From Eubacteriales bacterium (GTDB taxonomy: Bacteria > Bacillota > Clostridia > Oscillospirales > CAG-272): a stretch of DNA of 64,000 nt. The notes beneath the pieces are model-generated. The model was not told where the DNA came from and made no database searches. It saw only the letters and a program-made list of their open reading frames with translations. Below, piece by piece: positions 38,588-48,740 of this stretch. A program made the position numbers and the translations under genes. The DNA lies in NCBI GenBank assembly GCA_034086705.1, contig JAXDZV010000006.1, positions 6,341 to 70,340 of the forward strand, in the 5' to 3' direction. The first letter of the stretch is position 1. Each line of letters starts with the position of its first letter.

Positions 38588-39547
38588 TTATACTTTACGC
38601 ACCGTTACGCGCCGTGCCAACTCTTCCGCCGCAGTAACAGACGGAAGAAAGTGCTCTGTATTTTCCACTTTTGCGCCTGCCATTGCCGCAGCATGGCGTA
38701 GCGCAGTTTCAATAGGAATGGCCTGATCCAGTAAAAACACAAGGGTTGCCAGATATACATCGCCCGCACCGACCAATGCGCGCGGCGCAACAGACGGGGC
38801 ATTTACCAAATAACTACCTTGTTCACCAACATAAACAGAGCCCTCTGCACCAAGCGTAACAGCCACTGCCGTCTGATATTCCTCATAAATTCGTTTAGCA
38901 GCATACAGTGCTGTGTCTGCCGAATCCACTGTAAATCCGAGCATATTGGAAAGCTCATGACGGTTAGGCTTCATCAAATACGGGCGCTGCGCAAGACCAA
39001 GCGAGAGTGGCTGTGCGTCTGCATCCAAAACAAAGCGTACATGCCGTGCACGGGAAGCGTCAAAATATCGAATCAAATCTCCGTAAACACCGTCTGCAAT
39101 GCCATACGGTACACTGCCGCAAAGGAAAACCGTAATCGGTTCTTCATTTTCCTCCCGACCACTCAGCAAAGTTTGCAGCGTACGCAACAGTGCAGCAAAC
39201 TCCTCCTGATGAATCGGTCCAGCGCGACCGTTCAATTCAGAGCAGATACCGTCTGCATCCGTCAGCTTAACGCAAACGCGTGTAGCTGCTTGTGTCTGTG
39301 TAAAGCGATTTGACAGCCCTTCCCGCGCAAGTAAATCGCAAAGAAGTTTGCCTGTTGTGCCACCGCAAAACCCAAACATATCACTTTGTGCGCCCAACAT
39401 GTGCAGCATTCGGGACACATTCACTCCCTTACCGCCCGCACTGATCGAGCTGTGCTCAAAACGATTCAAAAAGCCGGGCTGAAAGCTATGTTGTAAAAAG
39501 ATTGTTTGATCCAGACAGGGGCTTAACGTCAGCGTGGCATACCGCAT
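38588..39547 (-). CDS. PfkB-family sugar kinase (1-phosphofructokinase/tagatose-6-P kinase-like)
   Basis: Trimmed to ATG 39547. Motifs TLTLSPCLDQT, SAGGKGVNVSRML and GAGDVYLA. Confidence 0.85.
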   Translation of the reverse strand: MRYATLTLSPCLDQTIFLQHSFQPGFLNRFEHSSISAGGKGVNVSRMLHMLGAQSDMFGFCGGTTGKLLCDLLAREGLSNRFTQTQAATRVCVKLTDADGICSELNGRAGPIHQEEFAALLRTLQTLLSGREENEEPITVFLCGSVPYGIADGVYGDLIRYFDASRARHVRFVLDADAQPLSLGLAQRPYLMKPNRHELSNMLGFTVDSADTALYAAKRIYEEYQTAVAVTLGAEGSVYVGEQGSYLVNAPSVAPRALVGAGDVYLATLVFLLDQAIPIETALRHAAAMAGAKVENTEHFLPSVTAAEELARRVTVRKV

Positions 39548-39570
39548 TGTATGTTTCCTTTCCCCGTTTG

Positions 39571-41523
<1,953 letters not shown>

Positions 41524-41555
41524 TTAGCACGGTGTCTTTTTTAGCGTTTTGTTTC

Positions 41556-41906
41556 CTATCTTTTGTTTCGTTGCTTTGGAGTATATCTCTCTGATACATA
41601 AAAATCGTTGTTTTGTGCGCGTTGCCGCAGAGTAACCGGAGAAAGTAAAGAGAAATATAATCTTTCTGCCGTTTCTTGTTTTTTTTCTCTGCAACCTGCC
41701 CGGTTGGACGCACAAGCTGTCTTTTTTTCGCTTGTTAGAATGAAGGATTTCGGCAAAGCCGAAGTGATCATTTCCGTTTTTTTATTCTTCTCCATTTGGT
41801 GCAGAAACTTTTTGGTCAGTACGGAAACTGTCGCGCTGTCCATATCAAAAATTCCCACAATATGTTTGCTTTGAATATTACAGCCGCCCCCACCATGTAA
41901 AAACAT
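41556..41906 (-). CDS. DUF370 (YaaB/RemB-like) protein
   Basis: MFLHGGGG..IVGIFDMDSATVSVLTKKFL...LPKSFILT...SPVTLRQR. The position between recF and gyrB is conserved. Confidence 0.75.
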   Translation of the reverse strand: MFLHGGGGCNIQSKHIVGIFDMDSATVSVLTKKFLHQMEKNKKTEMITSALPKSFILTSEKKTACASNRAGCREKKQETAERLYFSLLSPVTLRQRAQNNDFYVSERYTPKQRNKR

Positions 41907-41918
41907 TTGCTTCTCCTT

Positions 41919-43052
41919 TTATTCGGTATGTGCTGTTTGCAAAAATGTCCCGTTTTGCACCAGCCAAATGCTACTTTCTGTTCCATATTCCGCACGCATG
42001 GCTGCAGGAGATTCACAACAACTCATCACCACTTGTTTTTCTGCCAGCGCCTCGTGCAAAAATCCGCGGCGACGTTTGTCCAGTTCACTGAGAACATCAT
42101 CAAATAAAAAGACAGGGTATTCTCCGCTTTGCCGTTTTGACAGTTCCCCCTCAGCCAGCTTTAATGCAAGCGCCAGAGAACGGTCTTGTCCCTGTGAACA
42201 GTACAGCCGTGCCGGCCTATCATTCACATAAACTGCAAAATCATCCCTGTGTACACCACTTAAACAAGTTCGCGCAGCAAACTCGCGTTCCATATTTTTC
42301 ATGCTTGCTTGATAAAACAGTTCCGCAGAGCATTGCTGTTCTTGTGTACAGGGAATGCCCTCCCTTTCATAGACCATGCGTATCTGCTCTGTATCCGCAC
42401 TCAACGTCCGCATAAAAGCACAAACATATTCCTCCGCCGCAAACAAGTATTTTACCCTTGCCTGTGCAATTCTCTGTGCGTGCGGCGCCATTTGTTGATT
42501 TAATATTTCACACAGCGTTCTCTTTCTTTGTATTTCTGTTTTTTCACTTTTTAACAATGCATTTTTTTGCCGTAACAATTGCTGATACATACTCAAAGAG
42601 TACGCATAAGAAACGCGAAGCTGCGAAATTGCCCCGTCTAAAAAAAGTCTGCGTGTTGCCGGCGCTCCCTGAATCAGATACAAATGTTCCGGACAAAACA
42701 GAACGGCATGAAACGCGCCATAAAAATCTTTGGCTTTCGCAATCGCCACTCCGTCTGCACGCAGCTTTTTTGGTGCATTTGCAAACAGCGTTATTTCCAA
42801 TGATTGCTGGCGCGGTTGCCGCTGTGTCTGATATTCCAGTTTTAATTTTGCCTGTGGCTGTTCAAAACAAATCATTTCTCGCTCACGTGCCGGACGAAAG
42901 CTGTGTGGCGCAGCAAACAGATATAATCCTTCCAGCGCGTTTGTTTTTCCCTGTGCATTCTCTCCGCACAAAATATTGATGCCGCTGTCCAGTTGTAACG
43001 TCTGTTGATGCAGATTTCGAAACGCGGTATAGCTAATCTGTCTTGCAAGCAT
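41919..43052 (-). CDS. recF: DNA replication and repair protein RecF
   Basis: FRNLHQQTLQLDSGINILCGENAQGKTNALEGL (Walker A), SQGQDRSLALALKLAE and the Walker B motif FLFDDVLSELD. Confidence 0.95.
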   Translation of the reverse strand: MLARQISYTAFRNLHQQTLQLDSGINILCGENAQGKTNALEGLYLFAAPHSFRPAREREMICFEQPQAKLKLEYQTQRQPRQQSLEITLFANAPKKLRADGVAIAKAKDFYGAFHAVLFCPEHLYLIQGAPATRRLFLDGAISQLRVSYAYSLSMYQQLLRQKNALLKSEKTEIQRKRTLCEILNQQMAPHAQRIAQARVKYLFAAEEYVCAFMRTLSADTEQIRMVYEREGIPCTQEQQCSAELFYQASMKNMEREFAARTCLSGVHRDDFAVYVNDRPARLYCSQGQDRSLALALKLAEGELSKRQSGEYPVFLFDDVLSELDKRRRGFLHEALAEKQVVMSCCESPAAMRAEYGTESSIWLVQNGTFLQTAHTE

Positions 43053-44227
43053 TATAAGCGAACCGGAACCACCAAAAATAGAAAGCTTTCTTTGCGAATT
43101 CCTTCTTTTTCGTAGGCCTGAACCTCTTCCTGACTATACTGTGGCTCCATAACAATGGACACCAGCGGACTCACCAAGGAAATCTTAATTTTCTTACAGT
43201 CTGCCGCGCGTAATGCATCAATCAAATAACGACAATGCATTCCGATTTCAATCGATTCTCCCTCAATTTCCACTCGAAACTCGTCATATACCGAACTGTT
43301 CTGTGATGTAGAGGAAAGCATCACTCTGCCATCGCTTTCAAATTTACATACCACAGCCCCTTTGGATTTGCCCTGTCCCTTTTCTTCACACACCAGCGCC
43401 ACACGCTCCAGACTTTCTAACATTTCTGAACGGTCAACAGTTACAAAAGTCTGCGGATTTTTCGGAATAAACTTCTCATACTCAATATAGCTTGTATTGA
43501 TGAGTCTGGAAAAGAAATAAGTCGTTCCCATAATAAAGATGATATGTTTGCTGGTTGCAAGAATAGAAACATTTTTATCATTGTCAGCAAGCAATTTGTA
43601 AAGTTCTGCTATTGTTTTCCCCGGAACTACCAGGGAAAGAGACAAATCTTTTTGTTCATACGAATTTTTTTTCATATCCATCTGTTTTTCACAGATAGCA
43701 AGCCGAAATGAATCAGAGGAAACAATGACAATCCGGTCATTTTCGATGCGAAAGAGCAATCCATTGAGTGCCGGCCTTGGGTCATTATTTCCGACGGCAT
43801 AAAAAGTTTTTGCAATCATGTCACGCAGTTGTTTTTGTTGCATGGTGAAGCCCCAATCGCCCTCTAACATCGGTGTATTGGGAAAATCCGATCCCGGCAG
43901 AGCCGCAAGGGTATATTCTGATAAGCCTGAATAGATTTTGGTATGCCCCTGTGTATCAATATCTATGTGTATGGGCGATGGCATCACACGCAAAATTTGT
44001 GAAAGACGCTGTGCATTAATAATAAAAGAGCCTTCCTGTTCCACCTGTGCTTGCAGATGACAACGGATTCCTTTTTCCAAATCAAAAGAATTCAAAATAA
44101 CTTCTCCGGTTTTTTTCGCTGTAATTTGAATTCCTTCAATTGCCGTAATTGTATTAGAGTTGGATACTGCGCACAGTGCTTGCGTGATTGCAGCAAGCAA
44201 ACTGTCTTTTTCAAAAACAAGCTTCAT
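43052..44227 (-). CDS. dnaN: DNA polymerase III subunit beta
   Basis: MKLVFEKDSLLAAITQALCAVSNS aligns with typical DnaN N-termini. The track's GTG 44242 start is an alternative. Confidence 0.95.
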   Translation of the reverse strand: MKLVFEKDSLLAAITQALCAVSNSNTITAIEGIQITAKKTGEVILNSFDLEKGIRCHLQAQVEQEGSFIINAQRLSQILRVMPSPIHIDIDTQGHTKIYSGLSEYTLAALPGSDFPNTPMLEGDWGFTMQQKQLRDMIAKTFYAVGNNDPRPALNGLLFRIENDRIVIVSSDSFRLAICEKQMDMKKNSYEQKDLSLSLVVPGKTIAELYKLLADNDKNVSILATSKHIIFIMGTTYFFSRLINTSYIEYEKFIPKNPQTFVTVDRSEMLESLERVALVCEEKGQGKSKGAVVCKFESDGRVMLSSTSQNSSVYDEFRVEIEGESIEIGMHCRYLIDALRAADCKKIKISLVSPLVSIVMEPQYSQEEVQAYEKEGIRKESFLFLVVPVRL

Positions 44228-44262
44228 GAAATTTGTCAGCACCCGTAAAACAGGTGATTCCT

Positions 44263-44560
44263 TTCTGTTTTATCTGTTTGATGAAAATATTTACTGCTAT
44301 TTTTCTGTAATACTATAGGATGTAGTAACGGTAGTAGTAATAAGACATGTGGAAACTGTGCAAAGGTCTTTTTTTTCTGAACAAACCTATTTTTTATACC
44401 GTTTTGTATTGTTAAAAAGCAGCAGAAAAACAAATGGAAAAACTGTGCACAAGCTCCACTTTTTTTGCAAATACGAAAAGCCTTACAAAACCGAAAAACA
44501 ATGGGCGAAAAAAAAGTGGAAAAAATGTGCAGAGCGCATGTGGAAATGTGGATAATCTGT
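44263..44560. other. predicted oriC core (AT-rich tract, DnaA-trio-like repeats, DnaA boxes) in the dnaA-dnaN spacer
   Basis: An AT-rich tract at about 44263..44322. TAGTAA cgg TAGTAGTAATAA at 44323..44343. DnaA boxes as TGTGGAAAC 44348..44356, AGTGGAAAA 44515..44523, TGTGGAAAT 44539..44547 and the perfect TGTGGATAA 44547..44555. Confidence 0.7.
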
Positions 44561-44585
44561 GAAAAAAACAGGCGTGTATTTTCAA

Positions 44586-46067
44586 TCACATTTCTTTGCG
44601 AATTTCTGCAATCATATCGAGAATTTCTTGTTCCAGGATAGGAGATTCCGCCATTTTTTGTTCCACAACGGTAATGGAGGAAAGAATGGTAGTATGGTCA
44701 CGGTTCAGTATTTTTCCGATGGAAGGAAGAGAAAGATCCGTAACCTGCCGAACAATATAGATACTGACATGGCGTGCGAATGCAATTTCCTTAGAACGCC
44801 TTGCTCCTTTGATATCGGCCGGTGTTACGCCGTATTTTTTTGCAACAACGGCAAAAATTCTGTCCAGCGTTACATTGGTGGGTTCAGCACCTGTCAATAC
44901 ATCCGCAATGGAATCCCTTGCCGCATCCATGGTAATCGGTAGATGTGAAAGATTTGTATAAGCGCTCAAGCGGCGCAGCGCACCCTCAATCTGGCGTACG
45001 TTGTTTTTCAATTTTTCCGCAAGATAGGTCAGAACTTCATAAGGAATGTCCAGATTCATACTTTGTGCTTTGCTCTGTGCAATAGCAACACGTAGTTCTA
45101 AATCCGGCGGCTGAATATCAATAATCACACCCCATTCAAAGCGGGTACGCAGGCGTTCCTCAAGTGTTTTAATATCTTTCGGCGGGCGGTCAGAGGTCAG
45201 AATAATCTGCTTACGGTCCTCATATAGCGCATTAAATGTGTGAAAAAATTCTTCTTGTGTGGAATTTTTGCCTGCAATAAATTGAATATCATCAATCAGC
45301 AAAACATCGGCTTTGCGATATTTGTTGCGAAATTCTACCGTGGTGTCGGAAGAAATGGAGGCAATCAGTTGATTGGTGAAGGCCTCTCCTTTAATATAAA
45401 TGATATTGGCACCGGGGTTATTTTCTAAAATCCGGTTGGTAATGGCATAAAGAAGATGCGTTTTGCCAAGACCGCTCGGGCCATGAATAAACAAAGGATT
45501 ATAATTGGTAGAGGCAGGTTTATTTGCTACCGCAATACAAGCAGCGCACGCTAAGGAATTGGAAGAGCCCACAATAAAATTTTCAAAAGTATATTCTCGA
45601 CTTGCAAAACTGCGGCGTGGATCACCCGTGGTCGTATCCAGCTCAGCTGCACAAAGGCTGGAAGTTTGCTCTATTTCTTTTTCAACGGTTTTTTCGCGCT
45701 CTGCAGTTGTATCCAAGAAAGAGGATTCTTCTTCGCGTACACCGTCACTGATCAAAAAAGGCTTAATTTGTTCGCCATTGGCAAGAGCAAGCTGTATTTT
45801 TGCAGCGTTGATCGGTTCATGTTCTGCAGAGAGAACACAGACACGCAGAGGAAAGCCAACGGTTTCTTCAATCAATTTTTGCACAGTATGCACATATTTT
45901 TTGTTGATGATATTCGCTTTCATATCGCTGTCGGATACAAGAATACATTGATTTTCATCCATTGCAACCAAAGAAAGAGAAGAAAACCAAAGTGTACGCA
46001 CAGTCTGCGGAAACTGCTCCAGCAGCTTTTCATAGATAAGAGTCCAAACTTCATTGTTGCCGGTCAT
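44586..46067 (-). CDS. dnaA: chromosomal replication initiator protein DnaA
   Basis: FENFIVGSSNSLA, GPSGLGKTHLL, LLIDDIQF and the domain IV motif ARHVSIYIVRQVTDLSLPSIGKILNRDHTTI. Confidence 0.97.
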   Translation of the reverse strand: MTGNNEVWTLIYEKLLEQFPQTVRTLWFSSLSLVAMDENQCILVSDSDMKANIINKKYVHTVQKLIEETVGFPLRVCVLSAEHEPINAAKIQLALANGEQIKPFLISDGVREEESSFLDTTAEREKTVEKEIEQTSSLCAAELDTTTGDPRRSFASREYTFENFIVGSSNSLACAACIAVANKPASTNYNPLFIHGPSGLGKTHLLYAITNRILENNPGANIIYIKGEAFTNQLIASISSDTTVEFRNKYRKADVLLIDDIQFIAGKNSTQEEFFHTFNALYEDRKQIILTSDRPPKDIKTLEERLRTRFEWGVIIDIQPPDLELRVAIAQSKAQSMNLDIPYEVLTYLAEKLKNNVRQIEGALRRLSAYTNLSHLPITMDAARDSIADVLTGAEPTNVTLDRIFAVVAKKYGVTPADIKGARRSKEIAFARHVSIYIVRQVTDLSLPSIGKILNRDHTTILSSITVVEQKMAESPILEQEILDMIAEIRKEM

Positions 46068-46138
46068 GCTTTTTATCCTTTTCCTTTCCGCAGGAAATAA
46101 TCCGAAGGATTATATTTTGCTTCCATTATATATATACC

Positions 46139-46167
46139 ATTATAGCATGAACAGACTGATTTGACAA
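46139..46167 (-). promoter_or_regulatory. dnaA promoter
   Basis: On the minus strand: TTGTCA (46167..46162), a 17-nt spacer, then TATAAT (46144..46139). Confidence 0.55.
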
Positions 46168-46170
46168 GAG

Positions 46171-46179
46171 TTTTCCACA
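46171..46179 (+). promoter_or_regulatory. single DnaA box 3 nt upstream of the dnaA -35
   Basis: TTTTCCACA. The surrounding 16-mer GTTTTCCACAGATTTT (46169..46184) is identical to 34835..34850. Confidence 0.6.
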
Positions 46180-46280
46180 GATTTTGGAGTATTTTTGGGG
46201 GATTCTTTCAGAACTTATGCAACCGCTCTTTACAAAATTTCGCCAAGCGTTTATAATACAGAAAAAAGGAGGAATCACGG

Positions 46281-47675
46281 ATGAACCAGGGTTTTCTATT
46301 GGAAAATGATACGGCAAAAAATCTATATGCTGCCGTAGCAGACCTGCCGATTTTGGATTATCATTGTCATCTAAATCCGCAGCAGATCTATCAAGATAAG
46401 CCGTTTGAAAGTGCGGGAGAACTGATTTTCGGACAGGATCATTATAAATGGAGATTGATGCGTTCCGCGGGGATCGCGGAGGAATATATCACGGGGAATG
46501 CGGCCCCACAAGAAAAATTTCGGGCCTATGCACGTGCGTTGAGTCGGTCTGTGGGCAACCCACTGGTGGATTTTACAGCCCTTGAACTATATCATTTTTT
46601 TGGAATGGAAGAAAGATTGCGCGAAGATAATGCTGCACAAATCTATATGCAGGTGGAGAAAAAGATTTTGTCGGAAAAGCTCTCTCCACAGAAGATTGTA
46701 CAACATGCGGGCGTTACGCTGATTGCTACAACCGACGATCCGGTTGATTCGCTGCAGTGGCATGAAAAATTGGCCGCCTCCGCATGGAAAGTTCGTGTGA
46801 TTCCCTCGTTTCGGACAGATCGGCTTTTTGCTTTTGAGCGGGAATATCTTACAGAGCTTGGAGATGTTGCAAAAATAAAAATTTGCTCTTTACAGGATTT
46901 AGAACAGGCACTGGCACGAAGATTGACTTTTTTCCGCGCACACGGATGTTTGTTTTCAGATGTCGGTATTGAAAATTTTCCGAAAACAATTGCAACACAG
47001 GCGCAAGCAGAGCAGATTTTTTCTGCTATTTACCACGGAAAAACCTGTACACAAGCGCAATATGATGCACTACGCGGTTGGCTGTTTGTAAGGCTGGGGG
47101 TGCTGTACCGGCAGCAGGGCATCTGTATGCAGTGGCATATGGCGGTAAAACGGAATACCTGTCAGCGTCTTTATCAGCAGTATGGGGCAGATTGCGGCGC
47201 GGACTCTATGGGAGAAGCGGTCAGTGTAGAAAGCATTGCCCACCTACTGAACGCAATAGAACAAACGCTCGATGCGAAAGGGCAAAAAGACTTGCCGTAT
47301 ACAATTCTGTATTGTTTAAATCCTTCCATGCGGGATGCAATGTGTTCTCTGGCTGCTTCTTTTCGCAATGTCCACTGCGGGGCGGCCTGGTGGTTTTTGG
47401 ACCACCGGCAGGGAATATGGGATACACTTGCGAGCTGTGCACAAGCGGGTTCTTTGAGTGCTTTTCCCGGTATGCTGACAGATTCCCGAAGCTATTTGTC
47501 CTATGCACGGCATGACTTTTTCCGACGCATTTTGTGCAGCTTTTTGGCACAGTATGTGCAAGACGGTACAGCTGCATGGGAAGATGTGTTGCAGCTTGCA
47601 AAAATGCTTTGCTATGAAAATATGCATCACCTGATATCTACATCCAATAAAAATGAGGAGAAAAAAAAGAAATGA
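46281..47675 (+). CDS. uxaC: glucuronate isomerase
   Basis: FLLENDTAKNLYAAVADLPILDYHCHL and MLTDSRSYLSYARHDFFRR. Confidence 0.93.
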   Translation: MNQGFLLENDTAKNLYAAVADLPILDYHCHLNPQQIYQDKPFESAGELIFGQDHYKWRLMRSAGIAEEYITGNAAPQEKFRAYARALSRSVGNPLVDFTALELYHFFGMEERLREDNAAQIYMQVEKKILSEKLSPQKIVQHAGVTLIATTDDPVDSLQWHEKLAASAWKVRVIPSFRTDRLFAFEREYLTELGDVAKIKICSLQDLEQALARRLTFFRAHGCLFSDVGIENFPKTIATQAQAEQIFSAIYHGKTCTQAQYDALRGWLFVRLGVLYRQQGICMQWHMAVKRNTCQRLYQQYGADCGADSMGEAVSVESIAHLLNAIEQTLDAKGQKDLPYTILYCLNPSMRDAMCSLAASFRNVHCGAAWWFLDHRQGIWDTLASCAQAGSLSAFPGMLTDSRSYLSYARHDFFRRILCSFLAQYVQDGTAAWEDVLQLAKMLCYENMHHLISTSNKNEEKKKK

Positions 47676-48496
47676 AAAAGACAATTGTAATTACAGGTGC
47701 TGCCGGCGTTCTTTGTTCTGCTTTTGCACGGGCACTTGCCGCAGATGGGCATCGTGTTGCATTACTGGATTTGAACGAGCAGGCAGTACAACAGCTGGCA
47801 GCTGACATTTGTGCGCAGGGAGGCAATGCCATTGGCTGCGGCTGTTCCGTTTTGGAAATAGAAACACTGCAGCAGGCAAAACAAATGTTGCATACGGCAT
47901 TCGGCCCCTGCGATGTGCTCATCAACGGAGCGGGAGGCAACTCGCCTCGCTGTACGACTGCACATGAGACCTATGAACCGGGAGATGAAGCAGTACGCTC
48001 GTTTACAACGTTTTTTAACATTGAGCGTACCGGGTTTGATTTTGTATTTGGGCTGAATTTGGACGGAACACTGCTACCCTGTCAAGTCTTTATGCAGGAT
48101 ATGTTGGGGCGCACTGGCTGCTGTGTTTTGAATATTTCGTCTATGAACGCATTTACCCCACTGACCAAGATTCCGGCATACAGTGCAGCAAAAGCGGCGG
48201 TTTCTAATTTTACAAAATGGCTTGCCGTTCACTTTGCACCGCAAAAAATTCGCGTTAATGCAATTGCACCAGGTTTTTTTGTAACCGCACAAAACCGGTC
48301 GCTGCTGTTTGAAGAAGATGGCACGCCGACTGCACGCAGTGAAAAAATTTTACGTGCAACACCTGCAGGGAGATTCGGGGAGCCGGAAGAATTGCTTGGT
48401 GCGGTTCGTTTTTTAATCGATGAAGAAGCAGCCGGATTTGTCAGCGGCGTGGTATTGCCCGTGGATGGTGGATTTTCTGCGTACAGCGGTGTATAA
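47672..48496 (+). CDS. SDR family oxidoreductase (mannonate/fructuronate reductase-like context)
   Basis: TGAAGVLC (Rossmann), the catalytic YSAAK and a PG motif. ATGA overlap with uxaC. Confidence 0.85.
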   Translation: MKKTIVITGAAGVLCSAFARALAADGHRVALLDLNEQAVQQLAADICAQGGNAIGCGCSVLEIETLQQAKQMLHTAFGPCDVLINGAGGNSPRCTTAHETYEPGDEAVRSFTTFFNIERTGFDFVFGLNLDGTLLPCQVFMQDMLGRTGCCVLNISSMNAFTPLTKIPAYSAAKAAVSNFTKWLAVHFAPQKIRVNAIAPGFFVTAQNRSLLFEEDGTPTARSEKILRATPAGRFGEPEELLGAVRFLIDEEAAGFVSGVVLPVDGGFSAYSGV

Positions 48497-48541
48497 AACA
48501 CAAAAAAGCCGCTTTTTTGGATGGATCCGTTGCAAAGAAAA

Positions 48542-48578
48542 CCCCCTCCGTATGCGTATTGTCATACGGAGGGGGTTT
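48542..48578. terminator. strong hairpin between the convergent SDR and uvrA genes
   Basis: A 13-bp perfect stem CCCCCTCCGTATG / CATACGGAGGGGG flanked by AAAA and TTT. Confidence 0.55.
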
Positions 48579-48740
48579 GTACATATGTCGGATATGGTTG
48601 CAGCAAATAAAATGCAAACGGAAAAACCGTACGGCTTTCTTCTTGGGAAAAAAGCAAAAGCTAAGCCATTATATTACACGATGCACACGGCATATGTGTA
48701 TATTTTGATATGGGTGCATTGCAGAACAGGAAACCTGGCT

